Below, piece after piece: positions 1-11,023 of a stretch of DNA of 64,000 bases. Origin of the DNA: a virus (taxonomy: Duplodnaviria > Caudoviricetes); IMG/VR virus record IMGVR_UViG_3300028735_000004, positions 96,001 to 160,000 of that record. One strand, given 5' to 3'. Position numbers and translations under genes: made by a program. Every line of letters begins with the position of its first letter. The first letter of the stretch is position 1. The notes under the pieces are model-generated. The model saw nothing but the letters and a program-made list of their open reading frames with translations, ran no database searches and was not told where the DNA came from.

Positions 1-285
1 ATTTAATACCGGAGTAAAAAATTTATATAGCATTAAAAATGGCGCAAATTGACTTAATAAACTAACTACACCATCTAATATATTTTTGGAAAAAGTTGCG
101 CTTAATGATGGTTTTAATATTCCCGGAGGTAATATTACATCTAAAGCATTAAAAACTTCTAATAAATCTTCAAAGGGTAAGGCCGGAAAAGGTATATTAA
201 TTGCTAATGGCTGATGGGCAAAACCAGTAATACCAGGTATAGTTGGTGTTGTAATTTTGGTTTTATCTAACGGTTGGCAAGGCAT
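1..285 (-). CDS. Hypothetical baseplate-region protein, 5' part (runs off the left edge)
   Basis: ATG at 285, open to position 1: MPCQPLDKTKITTPTIPGITGFAHQPLAINIPFP...; lies directly downstream of the spike gene. Confidence 0.7.
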   Translation of the reverse strand, partial: MPCQPLDKTKITTPTIPGITGFAHQPLAINIPFPALPFEDLLEVFNALDVILPPGILKPSLSATFSKNILDGVVSLLSQFAPFLMLYKFFTPVLN

Positions 286-319
286 TATTAAATCTTTCTT
301 TTAATATATATCAAAATAT

Positions 320-2359
320 TTAAATACTTCCTGCACCGGTATCTCTTATTACAAGTCTTCCTTGTAATTTTAATACTTCTGCTTCTAAATTCATTTCACC
401 CTTAGATCTTAAGAAAACATCTTGATTAGAGTACATAACAATTCTTCCGGGAGTACTTACTGTTAAGCCTTCATTATCTATTCTGAAAACAGTAATTTCA
501 TTGGTATTATTATTAAATACCCTAATATCTACCGCTCCAGAAATATGTGCAGTATTTTTGCCTTCAAATCTGGAATCTTTAGATGGAGTTGTGCCTCCGC
601 TTTGAATAATAATTTCTCCATCACAATCTAATGCTACGCTAATATTATTTCTTAAATCTCTGCCTACATTGCTAATAATTGCTCCCTGAGTATCTAACCA
701 CAATGAATGTCGATCTACTGTATTAGCTCCTATATTAACTTCTAAAGATCCGTCAAAATTTAAACTACCAGATCTACCGCCTGCATTAGCATTTGGTCCA
801 GAAACTATTATATTAGGGCTAACTATATCTTTTTTATATGGAATTAAATTTAATTGAATTTTAGTAGTTGCTTCATATTCATTTACGGTCCAATTTTTAC
901 CTTCCTGAAATGTCCAACAAGTATCCGCTATGTTATGATATACTGTGCCGTGCTTAATATGTATTGGATTATTAGTTGAAAATCTATCAATTGGAGCTAC
1001 ATTGATGCCTTTATCGTCAATTAATGAAATAACAGCATTTTCTTCTGGAGAAAATCTATCTAATAGAATATCAACATTATTATCATTTGATACGAAGTCA
1101 TTTGGATTCTTAGTATCATCTTTAGGGTTAATTGTTGAATAATTTTCATACCTTGTTAAGAGAGGAATATTGCCGGTCTCACTGGATGCGGGAACATTTA
1201 GTTTTAATTGACCCTCTTTATCTATATCTAAGAAAAATCTGCTTCTATCTCTGGAGTAATTTTTTGTCGCTATTTCTTGATCATTTGTTTCTGGAGGTCC
1301 TAATAAATCTTTTCTGGCGTTAATTTCAAAATGGTATGCTAAAGTTTTTCGTTCCAATCTTTTAATATTTAAATAAACATTACTTCCGTCATCTGGATTT
1401 GAAGATGTTTTTTTGATTAACTTAATAGAAGTTTCGTTATCTTTACCAATAGGAACTATATTTCTATTTAAATCTAATAAATTACCATAAATATCAACGC
1501 CGGTTCCTTGAATTGATTCAATTAAATAATTTGGCTCGACTAAACTTAAACTAAACGCGTCCGATCTACTAATTCGTCTATTATAATTGTTAGAACTAAC
1601 TATATTTTCATTTCTGGAATATGATAATAGCTCTTTATCATTACTGGAGACATTAAAAGATTTTGCAAATTCATAAACTATTTCTCTTTTTTCAACTCTT
1701 GAAGGATTTTTAGTATGATTTTCATAATTAGAATAATCTAATTTTACTGTTGGATCTAACGCCACAACCTCCATTGTGTCATTATATGATAAATCAGTAT
1801 CTCTTAATGAAGTGGCATAATTTTTATTTGGATTTTTGTCTCTTAAAATAATACCATCGATTAATCTGCTGGATTCAGTAAAAGAATAAAAATTATCAAA
1901 AGTATTACTTAATACTGTTCGTTTTGTATCTAAATTTAAAGAGTTGTTGGGTTCTCCAATTAAAATACCAGTTTTTTTATTTAAAATAATAGTATTGTTA
2001 TCATCAGATTTAATTTCAAGTTGGCCTGGAATTAAATCCGGTATAATTGCCGGTTTATTTGATGTAGATAGACCCGGATGATTTGCGAAAAATGATAAAA
2101 TAAACCAAACATTACCTTCTCCCTGACATATAATAACAGGAGTGCCATTTTCCGGATATCCACCTATAAAAGACCCCGATGATCCCAGAAAAGATATTGG
2201 TAATTGAACATTTTTTATTTTTTCAGAACCAGGAGTAATTCGATCTCCAACCTGCACATCGACAGATAAGGTCTCAGGATCAAAACCAACTATTACCCCG
2301 GTTTTTAATAACCCAATTGGTTTTTGAATATTGGTTGTAGTAATACCTTTATTTATCAT
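320..2359 (-). CDS. Baseplate central spike, gp5/gpV/VgrG-like
   Basis: 679 aa. N-terminal OB-fold-like segment (GVIVGFDPETLSVDVQVG...GGYPENGTPVII), C-terminal beta-strand repeats; follows the hub gene. Confidence 0.6.
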   Translation of the reverse strand: MINKGITTTNIQKPIGLLKTGVIVGFDPETLSVDVQVGDRITPGSEKIKNVQLPISFLGSSGSFIGGYPENGTPVIICQGEGNVWFILSFFANHPGLSTSNKPAIIPDLIPGQLEIKSDDNNTIILNKKTGILIGEPNNSLNLDTKRTVLSNTFDNFYSFTESSRLIDGIILRDKNPNKNYATSLRDTDLSYNDTMEVVALDPTVKLDYSNYENHTKNPSRVEKREIVYEFAKSFNVSSNDKELLSYSRNENIVSSNNYNRRISRSDAFSLSLVEPNYLIESIQGTGVDIYGNLLDLNRNIVPIGKDNETSIKLIKKTSSNPDDGSNVYLNIKRLERKTLAYHFEINARKDLLGPPETNDQEIATKNYSRDRSRFFLDIDKEGQLKLNVPASSETGNIPLLTRYENYSTINPKDDTKNPNDFVSNDNNVDILLDRFSPEENAVISLIDDKGINVAPIDRFSTNNPIHIKHGTVYHNIADTCWTFQEGKNWTVNEYEATTKIQLNLIPYKKDIVSPNIIVSGPNANAGGRSGSLNFDGSLEVNIGANTVDRHSLWLDTQGAIISNVGRDLRNNISVALDCDGEIIIQSGGTTPSKDSRFEGKNTAHISGAVDIRVFNNNTNEITVFRIDNEGLTVSTPGRIVMYSNQDVFLRSKGEMNLEAEVLKLQGRLVIRDTGAGSI

Positions 2360-5300
2360 TATGAGACCGAGGAATTTTTAACTTCTTTAAAATAAACCCA
2401 ACAATCAACTATATAATTATATATAACTTGATCTATATTTTTTGCATTAACATCATCTTCTGAACTTCTATTGTTAATTATCTGTCTTGCTAAAGCATAT
2501 GCTTGTCTAGAAGGATATCTAAAATCCTTCTTTTTGGGACTTGTATCTACTGTTTGAACTTGAACTTTAGCTTCCTTTAATGATGGTGATATCAACGGTT
2601 TTAATGAATCTGTCAACATTAAAGCATTACCTTTTAACAACTTTTCTACTTCACTGGCTATGCTATTTGCCGTTGAAGAAACTGTTTTGTATTCTGTACG
2701 ATAGCTATTATAAAATATTCTTAATTCTAAAATTACTTTGGTAGTATCTGATGTTAGCGGAACTGTTGATTTTGCTGATTCAATGATTTTTTGTAAATTA
2801 TAAATATTAGATGAAGCAAAAATATTTTTAGTTAAAATATCAGATGGATTATTTGAATCAAAAGATCCTACAATTGTTCCAACATACTCTTGATTATTAA
2901 CATCATCTTGACGATTATGAATAAACTTAGTAATTTCTTTATTTTTATATAGAGTTTTGCCTATAATATCAAATTTAGTTGGAATATATTCTCCAACATT
3001 ATGACCATAAGATAAATTTAAATTAGTGGTAAAATTACCAAAACTAAAAGTATGTGACACACTTTCAACATAAAATAAAAGATCTTTATCTTCTATATAA
3101 ATTACTTCTCCTGGTTGCATATATTCATTACCAGCAATTGTTAAAGATCCTTTTAAAATTTCTTTTCTTGCTTTATTTAATAAGGCAACCGCAAATGGAG
3201 CACATTGAGTTTCGGCATTATGTAAATAAGGAGCAGAAACGCTTTGCGGAATTTTTATACCATACATTCTCCATAAATCATAATCTACTGCCGCAGCTGT
3301 TGACAACCCGCTGGAAGTTGTATTAAATGCAGTTAAAGATGGTTCTTCTAATAATAAATCCATTCTGCCTTCAACTTCAACCGCGGTATATGGCGGCGAC
3401 TCTTCATAAATTTCCATATTAATAATTTGATGGTTTTTAATTACATATCTTTTGCCAGCATCAGGTCCATAATCATCAAAATCTTCATATTCTATCATAT
3501 GTTGGAATGATTCTGGGATAGCAGAAGAGTTAATATTAGGGGCCAACATTTTATTAGCAAAATCTTCTTTATTAGAAGATAACGCTGTCGCTTCTTTTAA
3601 ATGTCTTAATGATTTTGATGCAATTTTTAATAATTTCTGTCTTTCTGATATTCTGATTGAAATTTGTTGAAATATTTCTAATAAATCAGAATTTGAAACT
3701 TGATTTGTCGTTTTATTAATATTATTTTTTTGATTTATAAACTGCTTAATATCAAAATATTGTCCTGTTTTTGAAAATAATCTATTTTTAATTTTTTCTT
3801 CTAAAGCGCTTGAATCTATTTGTTTAAATCCAACCCTTTCATATTTAAAGTCATTATCTCCAATTTTATAAACATAAAAATCTTTTGATAATAAATTATA
3901 TTTATTTACAGTATTAAACACTGATGATAATTGAGATTGCTGATTAATTGTGTCTAATTTACCTCCTTGAATTAAATAATCGGGATCTGATGATTTTTTA
4001 AATGCATCCAAATTAGGCACATATCCTTCATACGAAACAAATTTAAACTTTACATCTCCTCCGTTAATACCGTTTTCCGAATTAATATATTCCTCTAAAT
4101 CTTTATCAGATCCTTTACCAAACATTAATCCAAATAATCTAATTTCATCTTCTATTACTTCAATTTTGCTTAATAAACCAGTAATTTGTGTAGAATATAA
4201 ATCTTCTAAAAATTTTGGATATAATTCTATCCCAAAATCATTTTTTAATCTAATCATTCTATAAAATACACTGCTGGGTATTTTATTATATTGAGGAGGT
4301 CTAACTTGAATATTTCCTTGAGTATCAGCAAAAATTTCTAAATCTAATAGTGCCGCAACAGTTCTAATTTTTTCACCAACAGTAGCATATTCACTTTTCC
4401 ATATTTCTGGACTGCTGATAAAAGATGTCTCAAAAGCTTGAATATCATAATCTTTATCATAAATATCATCTACAATAAAAAGATTGATATCTTCATTACT
4501 TCTAACTCTCCAGGCCAATCTTCTTGTTAGTAAATTATTTTTTCTAATAAGTTCTTTATAACGCTCTGAACTTAATCTATTTTTATCATCATTTTCAAAA
4601 GTATCATAATCAAAAACAACTTCATTACCAATTAAATCAATATATGGTCTTCCTGTAGAAGATTGAGCTGATGATATTGATTTTAAAATATCACTTTGTA
4701 ATTTTTGAATTTCTTCATCCAATTTTTGAATTTGAATTGCTAAAGTATTTGCATTATTTTTATCTTCAGCATTGCTTGATGCTATCATAGCGTCTGATAA
4801 ACTTGCTCTTTCTTTTAATTTATCATTCAATTGATTATTAAAATTATCTACGGTTAATTTTGAAATAACCATATTTTTATAAGCATCTTGATTAATAGTT
4901 AATTTTTTAAAGGGAATGAAATTTCCATAAATTAAATTTCTATATTTTAAGCTTGACTCTAATGTTTTATAATAAGAAACTGATGGATCTTGTTGGGTAT
5001 TAGGATCTCTGGAGTAGCTATCAACTTGAGAAGCTGCGTCATAATAAGTGATAAAATTATATGGCTGTCCAGTAATTAATAATGACAAAACATTCATTAC
5101 ATCTTGTCCGGCAAATTCATCTTTAGTTAAGGTTATTCCAGATATATCGTTTGGATTTTTGTCAGAATACTCTCTCCCGCTTAAAGTTAAAGATCCTATA
5201 CCCTCTTTCCATTTATAAACAAATCCATCAGGATCATAATAAACTTTATTTACAACATTATTTTTAATTTTTTTAGCATCTTGTTGAAAGTTTTTTTCCG

Positions 5301-7164
5301 TTGGTATTCTTCCCACATAAGCTCCACTTTTATATTTAATAAAAGCAGAGTTTAATATTTTTTTATTTTCATCCAATAGCTGAGGGTCATCTTGAGGAAC
5401 TCCAGTAATTGAGTCAAATTGCAAATCAAATGGCGTCAACGGATCATATAAAGACCCATTAAAAACATCTACGGATGGTTTAAAATTAACTATACCAAAA
5501 TTAAAATAAGATGTATTATCTTGGCAGGATACGCTTACTCTTGAGAAACCTCCGCTATAAGTTGCTTTCGCTTGAGAAACAACACCCGCAAATACATGTG
5601 TTCCAGAGGCATCCTTAACAAATTGGTTTCTTAACATCATCCATAACCAATTTGGAAAATCATTACCAACAAATACCGATTTTTCAATAGAATGATCTTC
5701 TAATATATCAAATGAATTTCTTAAATCAGCAACAATATTATCTGCTGTTTGCAAAAATCCTAATGCATTGAATGCTGATTTTAATCCACCAGTAATTTTA
5801 TCATCAACCTTAGATTTAGATTCCATATATATATGCACAACATCCATTGGTTGAATAATTAATTTATTACCATAATGTAATCTTAATTTATTTCTAACAT
5901 ATTTAATTTTTGGATCTTGATTAAAATCTTTAATTTCAGATTTGGAATTTGCTTGAATTTGCATAAGATTAAAATATAAAGCAACTAATTGAGAAAATAT
6001 TGCTATTTCATTTTCATTCAATCCATCATTACCTAAAAGCTCACTATTAAGTTTAGCAGATGCATCTAAATTTAAACTACTACCACTACTATCGGTTCCT
6101 ATAGCGGCAGCAATAGCGGTTCCAATATCACCGTTTGTTTCGGAAAAAGGCCCATAATTAAATAGAATTTCTTGACCCCTAATATCGACTAATGCTCTTA
6201 ATCTTTTATCTAATAAAGCATCTGGATTAGCAATAAAAATAATTTTATTTGCGCCCCTCGCTTTCCTACTTTGATTTAAAAGAGTTGTTGTATTTTGAAT
6301 GGTTTCTTGAATTGCATCTGTTCCTAATTGAACTACGCCTCTATTATAAAAAATATTTGTTGCATCAGCAAGCGCTTTATCTATATCTATATTAGTAATT
6401 GTCATTAAATTATAAGGATCTTCTATTGTTAATGAACAATTACCTTGACCAAAATTAGTAGATACAGTTGTGTTTATATTAGTAATATTTGTTAATTCGA
6501 TAACACCGGTACCCTCACCAAAATTAGTTTTAAACATATTTTGAACATTGGTAATCCAAGTAGATGTTTTAGCAACTTGAGATAAAGATACTATTTGTCT
6601 TACACGGTCAGTTATGTTTTTAAATTTTCCAAATGCACTTTGAACAGATGGAGATAATAAAGATAATCCCGAATTTATAGCATCGGTTGCTTCAAAAATA
6701 ATTGGTAATAAATTATAATCAACTCTGCCTAATTCACTTGATATTGATTCAATTTTTGTTAATTTCTCAAATGCTGCAATTTGATTTGTTTTATTTTGAA
6801 ATAAAATTTTAGTTGCCCTAATAAACAATCTTTCTTTTTCATCAGATAAATCTATTCGATAATTTTCGGCTAAAGAAGAAAAAGCTCGTTTTTTTACAAA
6901 AACGGTAGCGGTAGGTTCTTGCATTAAAACTTCTAAATTATTTGATTTTATATTGAATTGATCTAAACGACTATACCCAGCTTCTAACCACTGACGATCT
7001 GCAGATTGATCTATACGATCTGCAAAATCTCCTAATTTCCCATATTTTTGAAAATGGCCGTCTTGAGATAAATTCAAATTATCTAATTTATTTTCACCAA
7101 TGAGGAATTGTTGTTCTAACATTCCTCCCAAATTTGACATAAAATTATCAACTTCTTTACTCAT
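2359..7164 (-). CDS. Large baseplate hub protein (gp27/gp44-like)
   Basis: 1601 aa. Hub-type segments (LDLEIFADTQGNIQVRPPQY; GSLTIAGNEYMQPGEVIYI...YVESVSHTF); position between tape measure and spike. Confidence 0.6.
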   Translation of the reverse strand: MSKEVDNFMSNLGGMLEQQFLIGENKLDNLNLSQDGHFQKYGKLGDFADRIDQSADRQWLEAGYSRLDQFNIKSNNLEVLMQEPTATVFVKKRAFSSLAENYRIDLSDEKERLFIRATKILFQNKTNQIAAFEKLTKIESISSELGRVDYNLLPIIFEATDAINSGLSLLSPSVQSAFGKFKNITDRVRQIVSLSQVAKTSTWITNVQNMFKTNFGEGTGVIELTNITNINTTVSTNFGQGNCSLTIEDPYNLMTITNIDIDKALADATNIFYNRGVVQLGTDAIQETIQNTTTLLNQSRKARGANKIIFIANPDALLDKRLRALVDIRGQEILFNYGPFSETNGDIGTAIAAAIGTDSSGSSLNLDASAKLNSELLGNDGLNENEIAIFSQLVALYFNLMQIQANSKSEIKDFNQDPKIKYVRNKLRLHYGNKLIIQPMDVVHIYMESKSKVDDKITGGLKSAFNALGFLQTADNIVADLRNSFDILEDHSIEKSVFVGNDFPNWLWMMLRNQFVKDASGTHVFAGVVSQAKATYSGGFSRVSVSCQDNTSYFNFGIVNFKPSVDVFNGSLYDPLTPFDLQFDSITGVPQDDPQLLDENKKILNSAFIKYKSGAYVGRIPTEKNFQQDAKKIKNNVVNKVYYDPDGFVYKWKEGIGSLTLSGREYSDKNPNDISGITLTKDEFAGQDVMNVLSLLITGQPYNFITYYDAASQVDSYSRDPNTQQDPSVSYYKTLESSLKYRNLIYGNFIPFKKLTINQDAYKNMVISKLTVDNFNNQLNDKLKERASLSDAMIASSNAEDKNNANTLAIQIQKLDEEIQKLQSDILKSISSAQSSTGRPYIDLIGNEVVFDYDTFENDDKNRLSSERYKELIRKNNLLTRRLAWRVRSNEDINLFIVDDIYDKDYDIQAFETSFISSPEIWKSEYATVGEKIRTVAALLDLEIFADTQGNIQVRPPQYNKIPSSVFYRMIRLKNDFGIELYPKFLEDLYSTQITGLLSKIEVIEDEIRLFGLMFGKGSDKDLEEYINSENGINGGDVKFKFVSYEGYVPNLDAFKKSSDPDYLIQGGKLDTINQQSQLSSVFNTVNKYNLLSKDFYVYKIGDNDFKYERVGFKQIDSSALEEKIKNRLFSKTGQYFDIKQFINQKNNINKTTNQVSNSDLLEIFQQISIRISERQKLLKIASKSLRHLKEATALSSNKEDFANKMLAPNINSSAIPESFQHMIEYEDFDDYGPDAGKRYVIKNHQIINMEIYEESPPYTAVEVEGRMDLLLEEPSLTAFNTTSSGLSTAAAVDYDLWRMYGIKIPQSVSAPYLHNAETQCAPFAVALLNKARKEILKGSLTIAGNEYMQPGEVIYIEDKDLLFYVESVSHTFSFGNFTTNLNLSYGHNVGEYIPTKFDIIGKTLYKNKEITKFIHNRQDDVNNQEYVGTIVGSFDSNNPSDILTKNIFASSNIYNLQKIIESAKSTVPLTSDTTKVILELRIFYNSYRTEYKTVSSTANSIASEVEKLLKGNALMLTDSLKPLISPSLKEAKVQVQTVDTSPKKKDFRYPSRQAYALARQIINNRSSEDDVNAKNIDQVIYNYIVDCWVYFKEVKNSSVS

Positions 7165-7171
7165 TTAAACC

Positions 7172-8029
7172 TTAATAAGTTAATCTACCATCAAATGTTA
7201 ATTCTGGACCGGTACCATTAGGATCGTTATTGCTTGGACCCTGAGTAGCACTTCTATGCCACGGAAGATAATTAGTTCTATAACCTCTTTTTTGAGTTAC
7301 TACAAAATTCATAATATAATCAAAAAGTCCTAATTTATCAGCAGCTTCAGTAAATTGAAAATCTTTAAAATAACCTCTAAATACCCATCCAGAATAAAAA
7401 ATTTCTACACCGAACGCTAATGATCCTAAAGTTGGTATATTTCTTGGTAAAACATTTTGAGTAACAGGATTTAAGCCAAATAAACCACCAGTCGCTTCTC
7501 CAACTGTATTACCAAAAACATTAGAAACTAAATCCCCTAATCCAGATATAGATGCCGCTGATGCTACAGTTAAACCAATTGAATCAAATGTATATTGTTC
7601 TGCTCTATAAACTTCATATAAAACATTTAAACCCTCTACTCCAGAACTTCCAGTATGTCCGCTAATAGTAAGGGTAGGTAATTCTTCTCCCCAATACTGA
7701 AGTATATAACCGCCTTTTGTTCTTTGTTGATCAATAACCTTATCAAATCTATATTGAATATTTTGCGGATTAATATACATATTAACTACACCAACTTGAG
7801 GAACAAAAAAATGTACTATATTTCTAACATTTTGTGCTTTAAGGCCAGCTGGTATTTTGGAAGATGGTAATCCAGAACGATCTGCGGATGGAGTTGGCGG
7901 TAAAGTAAATCCACTTTGAGCATAAGAAGAATTTTGTGCTTGATTTACTTTTTGATCAAAATCAGACCCACCATTTAATATATTTGCAAACTGTTCAGAT
8001 TTTTGTATTATAGATACCATATTTACCAC
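7172..8029 (-). CDS. Baseplate / tail-tube initiator-like protein
   Basis: 285 aa. INPQNIQY...QRTKGGYILQYWGEELPTLTISG...VFRGYFKDFQFTE pattern; directly after tape measure. Confidence 0.55.
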   Translation of the reverse strand: MVNMVSIIQKSEQFANILNGGSDFDQKVNQAQNSSYAQSGFTLPPTPSADRSGLPSSKIPAGLKAQNVRNIVHFFVPQVGVVNMYINPQNIQYRFDKVIDQQRTKGGYILQYWGEELPTLTISGHTGSSGVEGLNVLYEVYRAEQYTFDSIGLTVASAASISGLGDLVSNVFGNTVGEATGGLFGLNPVTQNVLPRNIPTLGSLAFGVEIFYSGWVFRGYFKDFQFTEAADKLGLFDYIMNFVVTQKRGYRTNYLPWHRSATQGPSNNDPNGTGPELTFDGRLTY

Positions 8030-8031
8030 CG

Positions 8032-9978
8032 TTATTGAACTATAACATTAACTCCTGAACCAGTATAATCTTGAACCGTTGCTTTGGTGCCAGGATCTGC
8101 TTGTAATTTAATAGTTATTTCAGATTTTACAGTTTGAGGCTCTTGTTTAGATACTGCTACTGCAGCTTTTGTTTCTTGTATTCCCACTTCAACATTTTTT
8201 TGTAATGATTGATTTTTAACTTCATCAACTAAACTTTTAGAAAAAGCAGTAAAATCTTGAAACATTGATTTCATATTTTGAGTTAAATCACCTATAGATG
8301 TTGTTCCTATATTAACTGCATCTTTAAAAAAATCTTTTATTGCTAATGCGTTTGTTTTAGCTAAGTCAGCTTCATTTCTGCCTATTATTGGAGTTTCGGC
8401 TGCCGCCTTATTCATACTTTCTGATAATTCGATATTTTTATTTGCATATAAATTTGAAATTTTCGCTAATTCTCCAGCACCAAAAGATATCATTTGAGAG
8501 GTATTTGCTTCTATTTTTGATAACAAAGAAGTATGTTGTTGTTGGACATCAAGGCCCTTTGCAAATATATCAACAACAGCGCTATTAGCCTCTTTTATTG
8601 CAGTTGCACCAGTTCCCTTTTGCAAAGCTTCTAATAATTTTGTGGCCTGGTCTTCATCTAACCTTTTAAAACCTAAAGCCCCACTCTGTAATAACATTCT
8701 TTGACGCATAAATTGAAATGCTGCTTCTGGGCTTTGTGTTGCTTCTTCACGAGTATAAATTCTACCTCCAAATTGACGCTTTAGATTACTAATCATCATA
8801 TTAGCAACTTCATCAGTTTTTCCCTGAGCAATCATCTGCTCTATTCTAAAAGCGCCCTGTAATCCTCCTGGGCCACCAGAACGGGCAGAAATAAGTGCCT
8901 TGGTTCCTATCTCTAAACCTTTAACACTTGAAATCATATTTTTAATTACATCAATAGAAGCGGTAGTTGTTAATCCGGTACTACGAAGAGCATTCATAAA
9001 ATTACCAAGCATTTTGGTAGCAGCTTCGGTATTATCACCCATATTCTTAAATTCAACTGAAACATCAGTTAAGAATTTTTTCGTATCATTAAATCTAATA
9101 TTTAGTGTATTAGATGCTTCAGACATCATTGAAAATAATTTAAAACCTTTTTCAATACTATCATTAACTGTTCCGGTAGCATTACCTAAATTATCATAAG
9201 CGGTTTCTAATGTTCTAGTGATTTCTTCAACACTGACATGTGCTCCGGCCGCTAATCTCAATGATGCAGTCAAAGCATTAGTTCCACCAACCAATTTATT
9301 TCCAGATTCAAAATTTTTATCTAATAAACCTGGAATTGTGCCTAATGTAGATGCATATCTGGATACCTCATTAGTTGTTAAACCGGTTGCCTTAGCGGTG
9401 TTTGTAAATGAAGTTCCCATTTCTTGAGCCATATCAGTAATATTAGAAATAATATGACCTTGTTGATCAAAAAATTTATTTAAATTTCCGGTTGATGCAG
9501 CCAAATTCATCATTTCAGCTTGCACTTTCTTATTTAAATCCAACATTTCAAAATAATTTCTAACAGCGCCTTTACCCATATTAATTACACGGCTCTCAAC
9601 TCCCATAGCTGCTGCTGCCGTTTTAAAATTACCTAATCTTTCGGACAAAGTATCAAAATGACCAACGAGAGTAGATACTGCCGCTCCGCCTTGAGCATCA
9701 AAAGATTTAAAAGGATTATTGTTAGCTATTAATGCAAAAATTTTTGATGTTTGACCCCCAACTTTAACAAAACTGTCTCCGATTCCGGAAACATCAGAAG
9801 TCATTTTTTTAAAAGCATTAGATATATCTATAAATTGTGTTCCAATTTTCTTAATTGCTTCAGCGCTTCCGCCGGCTTGATTTGTAAACCAAGTCCAAAA
9901 ATCTTCAAAATTAGCTTTTGCTATTTCTGCAGCTTCTTTAGTACTTTTATCAACTGCATCTTTGATTCCATCAACCAT
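8032..9978 (-). CDS. Tail tape measure protein
   Basis: 648 aa, Ala/Gly/Ser/Thr-rich and helical; canonical position after tube and chaperone genes. Confidence 0.7.
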   Translation of the reverse strand: MVDGIKDAVDKSTKEAAEIAKANFEDFWTWFTNQAGGSAEAIKKIGTQFIDISNAFKKMTSDVSGIGDSFVKVGGQTSKIFALIANNNPFKSFDAQGGAAVSTLVGHFDTLSERLGNFKTAAAAMGVESRVINMGKGAVRNYFEMLDLNKKVQAEMMNLAASTGNLNKFFDQQGHIISNITDMAQEMGTSFTNTAKATGLTTNEVSRYASTLGTIPGLLDKNFESGNKLVGGTNALTASLRLAAGAHVSVEEITRTLETAYDNLGNATGTVNDSIEKGFKLFSMMSEASNTLNIRFNDTKKFLTDVSVEFKNMGDNTEAATKMLGNFMNALRSTGLTTTASIDVIKNMISSVKGLEIGTKALISARSGGPGGLQGAFRIEQMIAQGKTDEVANMMISNLKRQFGGRIYTREEATQSPEAAFQFMRQRMLLQSGALGFKRLDEDQATKLLEALQKGTGATAIKEANSAVVDIFAKGLDVQQQHTSLLSKIEANTSQMISFGAGELAKISNLYANKNIELSESMNKAAAETPIIGRNEADLAKTNALAIKDFFKDAVNIGTTSIGDLTQNMKSMFQDFTAFSKSLVDEVKNQSLQKNVEVGIQETKAAVAVSKQEPQTVKSEITIKLQADPGTKATVQDYTGSGVNVIVQ

Positions 9979-10265
9979 TATGATCCTTTAATTTTCTTTT
10001 TGCGGCGCCTTTTCGGTTTTTCTGTTTCTATATTATTATTATGTTTTAATACCATCTCAAATGATTTTTCAAAATCTTCATCTGTTGTAGATACTGTATT
10101 TGTTTCAAGTATTTTTTTAACCATTTCTGGATTAATGAAAGATCCTATTAAATAAGATAAATTTTTATTTACCTCAACCTGTTCATTATAATCTTCTATC
10201 CAATTAGAAAACATCCACATTCTAACAAACGGATCCATTTCTTCCAGCTCAGGATCATCTGGCAT
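9978..10265 (-). CDS. Tail assembly chaperone, C-terminal (gpT-like) portion
   Basis: 95 aa ORF whose frame stays open upstream to the slippery site at the end of the 211 aa ORF. Confidence 0.7.
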   Translation of the reverse strand: MPDDPELEEMDPFVRMWMFSNWIEDYNEQVEVNKNLSYLIGSFINPEMVKKILETNTVSTTDEDFEKSFEMVLKHNNNIETEKPKRRRKKKIKGS

Positions 10266-10285
10266 TTTACGAAAAGTTTTACATA

Positions 10286-10331
10286 GGAACCAAAGAAACC
10301 GTGTCTCTGGGTCCTTTGTTATTTTTTTAAA
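10286..10331 (-). other. Putative programmed -1 ribosomal frameshift signal (slippery heptamer plus hairpin)
   Basis: Minus strand reads T TTA AAA AAA TAA. A 7-nt spacer is followed by the hairpin GGA-C-CCAGAGA/CACGGTT/TCTTTGG-T-TCC. The -1 frame is open into the next ORF. Confidence 0.75.
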
Positions 10332-10954
10332 TTTTCAATCACCTCCTTTGCATCATCCGAATTTTTAATAGCAAATTGAGAGGCGGCCTGATTTCTTAAT
10401 TCTTCATATGCACTGTATAAAACATTTGTTATAGTTTCTTCTAATTCATCAATAAATTTTAATTTTGATTCTAACGAATTAGAACCTAAAATCATTTCTA
10501 TCTCAATACCATCTATTTGAAAAACAGATCTTGCCAAAACCTGTCTTCTAATCTCAAATCCAAGCTCCATATCATTTGTAGAAGTTTTAAGAGCACTTAA
10601 TGATATTTCTTTATTTTCTTTATTTTTCAAAGTTCTTAATGCAAAAACCGAATTACCTAAAGTGATTTCTTTAGTTAATCTACCTATATTAGCCAAATAA
10701 TTAATTCTTTCTTTTAAAGAATTATTAACCATATTATTATTTTGTTGCGCTTTTCTAAGTCTGGCTAACTCTTCTATTTCAGCTGGAGATAATTGTCTTT
10801 GCTGAAATTGTTCTTGAACTTGTCCCTGTTGATTAAATGGAAAGGTAGGATCTTCAAAATCAGGATCACTAACTGTAAATTGTTTTAATGGTTTTTCTGT
10901 TTGCGGTTGGCTGGTAAATGATTTTTTAGAGATGGGGCTATCAAAATTAGACAT
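10319..10954 (-). CDS. Tail assembly chaperone (gpG-like)
   Basis: 211 aa between tube and tape measure genes; AGGAG RBS; ends at the slippery site. Confidence 0.7.
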   Translation of the reverse strand: MSNFDSPISKKSFTSQPQTEKPLKQFTVSDPDFEDPTFPFNQQGQVQEQFQQRQLSPAEIEELARLRKAQQNNNMVNNSLKERINYLANIGRLTKEITLGNSVFALRTLKNKENKEISLSALKTSTNDMELGFEIRRQVLARSVFQIDGIEIEMILGSNSLESKLKFIDELEETITNVLYSAYEELRNQAASQFAIKNSDDAKEVIENLKK

Positions 10955-11023
10955 TAAAAAACTCCTAATATTATATTACTATTAATAATATATCATCAGG
11001 AGTTAAATATTATTTTTAAATTA

